DNA of 16,845 nt from a virus (Duplodnaviria > Heunggongvirae > Uroviricota > Caudoviricetes). The position numbers and the translations under genes were made by a program. Within the stretch, counting starts at the first letter, position 1. Every line of letters starts with the position of its first letter. The stretch lies in IMG/VR virus record IMGVR_UViG_2585427778_000001; one strand, written 5' to 3'. The notes below the pieces were generated by a model. That model was not told where the DNA came from. It saw nothing but the letters and a program-made list of their open reading frames with translations, and did not search any database. Positions 15,894 to 16,845 of this stretch are shown here, piece after piece.

Positions 15894-16082
15894 TTATTGT
15901 TTAACCCATAATAATTCATTGACATTGAATCCCAACTTTTGAGCGGTTCGCACATAGTCTGCTTTTACTTTATCTGGAATAGTTGGGGTCCTTGCCAGAA
16001 TCCATAGGTATTCTCTGTTCGGACCACTGACAAGAGCATACTTATACTCATCATCCAGTTTGATTACATTATAGCCACCATA
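15894..16082 (-). pseudogene. 3' fragment of a lipocalin (Blc-like) gene, interrupted by IS1
   Basis: Hand translation of the minus strand from the IS1 junction: YGGYNVIKLDDEYKYALVSGPNREYLWILARTPTIPDKVKADYVRTAQKLGFNVNELLWVKQ-stop, carrying the bacterial lipocalin YLWILxRTP motif. The reading frame runs directly into the IS1 left end. Confidence 0.65.
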
Positions 16083-16137
16083 GGTGATGCTGCCAACTTA
16101 CTGATTTAGTGTATGATGGTGTTTTTGAGGTGCTCCA

Positions 16138-16413
16138 GTGGCTTCTGTTTCTATCAGCTGTCCCTCCTGTTCAGCTACTGACGGGGTGGTGCGTAACGGC
16201 AAAAGCACCGCCGGACATCAGCGCTATCTCTGCTCTCACTGCCGTAAAACATGGCAACTGCAGTTCACTTACACCGCTTCTCAACCCGGTACGCACCAGA
16301 AAATCATTGATATGGCCATGAATGGCGTTGGATGCCGGGCAACTGCCCGCATTATGGGCGTTGGCCTCAACACGATTTTACGTCACTTAAAAAACTCAGG
16401 CCGCAGTCGGTAA
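16138..16413 (+). CDS. insA: IS1 InsA, 91 aa (GTG start)
   Basis: Translation [43 protein letters not shown]... matches IS1 InsA; the A6C frameshift motif TTAAAAAACTC (about 16389-16395) lies near its 3' end. Confidence 0.95.
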
Positions 16414-16835
16414 CCTCGCGCATACAGCCGGGCAGTGACGTCATCGTCTGCGCGGAAATGGACGAACAGTGGGGCTATGTCGGGGCTAAATCGCGCCAGC
16501 GCTGGCTGTTTTACGCGTATGACAGGATACGGAGGACGGTTGTTGCGCACGTATTCGGTGAACGCACGCTGGCCACGCTGGAGCGTCTTCTGGGCCTGCT
16601 GTCGGCCTTTGAGGTCGTGGTATGGATGACAGATGGCTGGCCGCTTTATGAATCACGCCTGAAGGGAGAACTGCACGTTATCAGCAAGCGATATACGCAG
16701 CGCATTGAGCGGCATAACCTGAATCTGAGGCAGCATCTGGCAAGGCTGGGCAGGAAGTCACTGTCGTTCTCAAAATCGGTGGAGCTGCATGACAAAGTCA
16801 TCGGGCATTATCTGAACATAAAACACTATCAATAA
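16332..16835 (+). CDS. insB: IS1 InsB frame (167-aa ORF; expressed as the InsAB' transposase by -1 frameshift)
   Basis: Translation matches IS1 InsB (…[21 protein letters not shown]…[49 protein letters not shown]). Confidence 0.9.
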
Positions 16836-16845
16836 GTTGGAGTCA

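Larger units (their letters stand above)
16083..16845 (+). mobile_element. IS1 insertion sequence, cut by the window end (763 of 768 bp present)
   Basis: Left inverted repeat GGTGATGCTGCCAACTTACTGAT at 16083; insA and insB ORFs; the window ends in the right inverted repeat (...AAGTTGGAGTCA). Confidence 0.95.

Noticed and set aside
1-16845. tRNA, rRNA or CRISPR loci
   Set aside because: No cloverleaf-compatible segments, rRNA-like sequence or spacer-repeat arrays were seen; all strong hairpins are explained as terminators or nut sites.

Overview
This window is a lambda-backbone (lambdoid) phage or prophage segment running from the att core at base 1 to an IS1 element cut by the window end. 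It is collinear with phage lambda for int, xis, orf61/63/60a, exo, bet, gam, kil, cIII, ea10, ral, orf28, sieB, N, O (with ori iterons), P, ren and ninB; these were recognised from their protein sequences and gene order. Three regions are not lambda. (1) The ea8.5/ea22 slot between xis and orf61 (about 1.6-4.35 kb) holds a translationally coupled minus-strand cassette: a TraR-like zinc finger, an Ead/Ea22-like protein, a roughly 251-aa protein whose motifs resemble the tRNA-guanine transglycosylase (Tgt/DpdA) catalytic core, a 191-aa zinc-ribbon protein and an 80-aa protein. (2) The immunity region is heteroimmune: a LexA-like cI, a small membrane protein coupled to cI at the rexAB position, a cro-like gene, and operators built on TTACCTGCAGGTAA-type palindromes. 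(3) The nin/late region carries a Dam-like N6-adenine methyltransferase in place of ninC, ninE, rusA, ylcG, a Q82/QuuD-type antiterminator and the late terminator, followed by a lipocalin gene fragment interrupted by IS1. The most interesting candidate is the Tgt/DpdA-like gene, which would imply 7-deazaguanine modification of phage DNA using host precursors. All assignments rest on reading the sequence and recalled family features; no database search was run.
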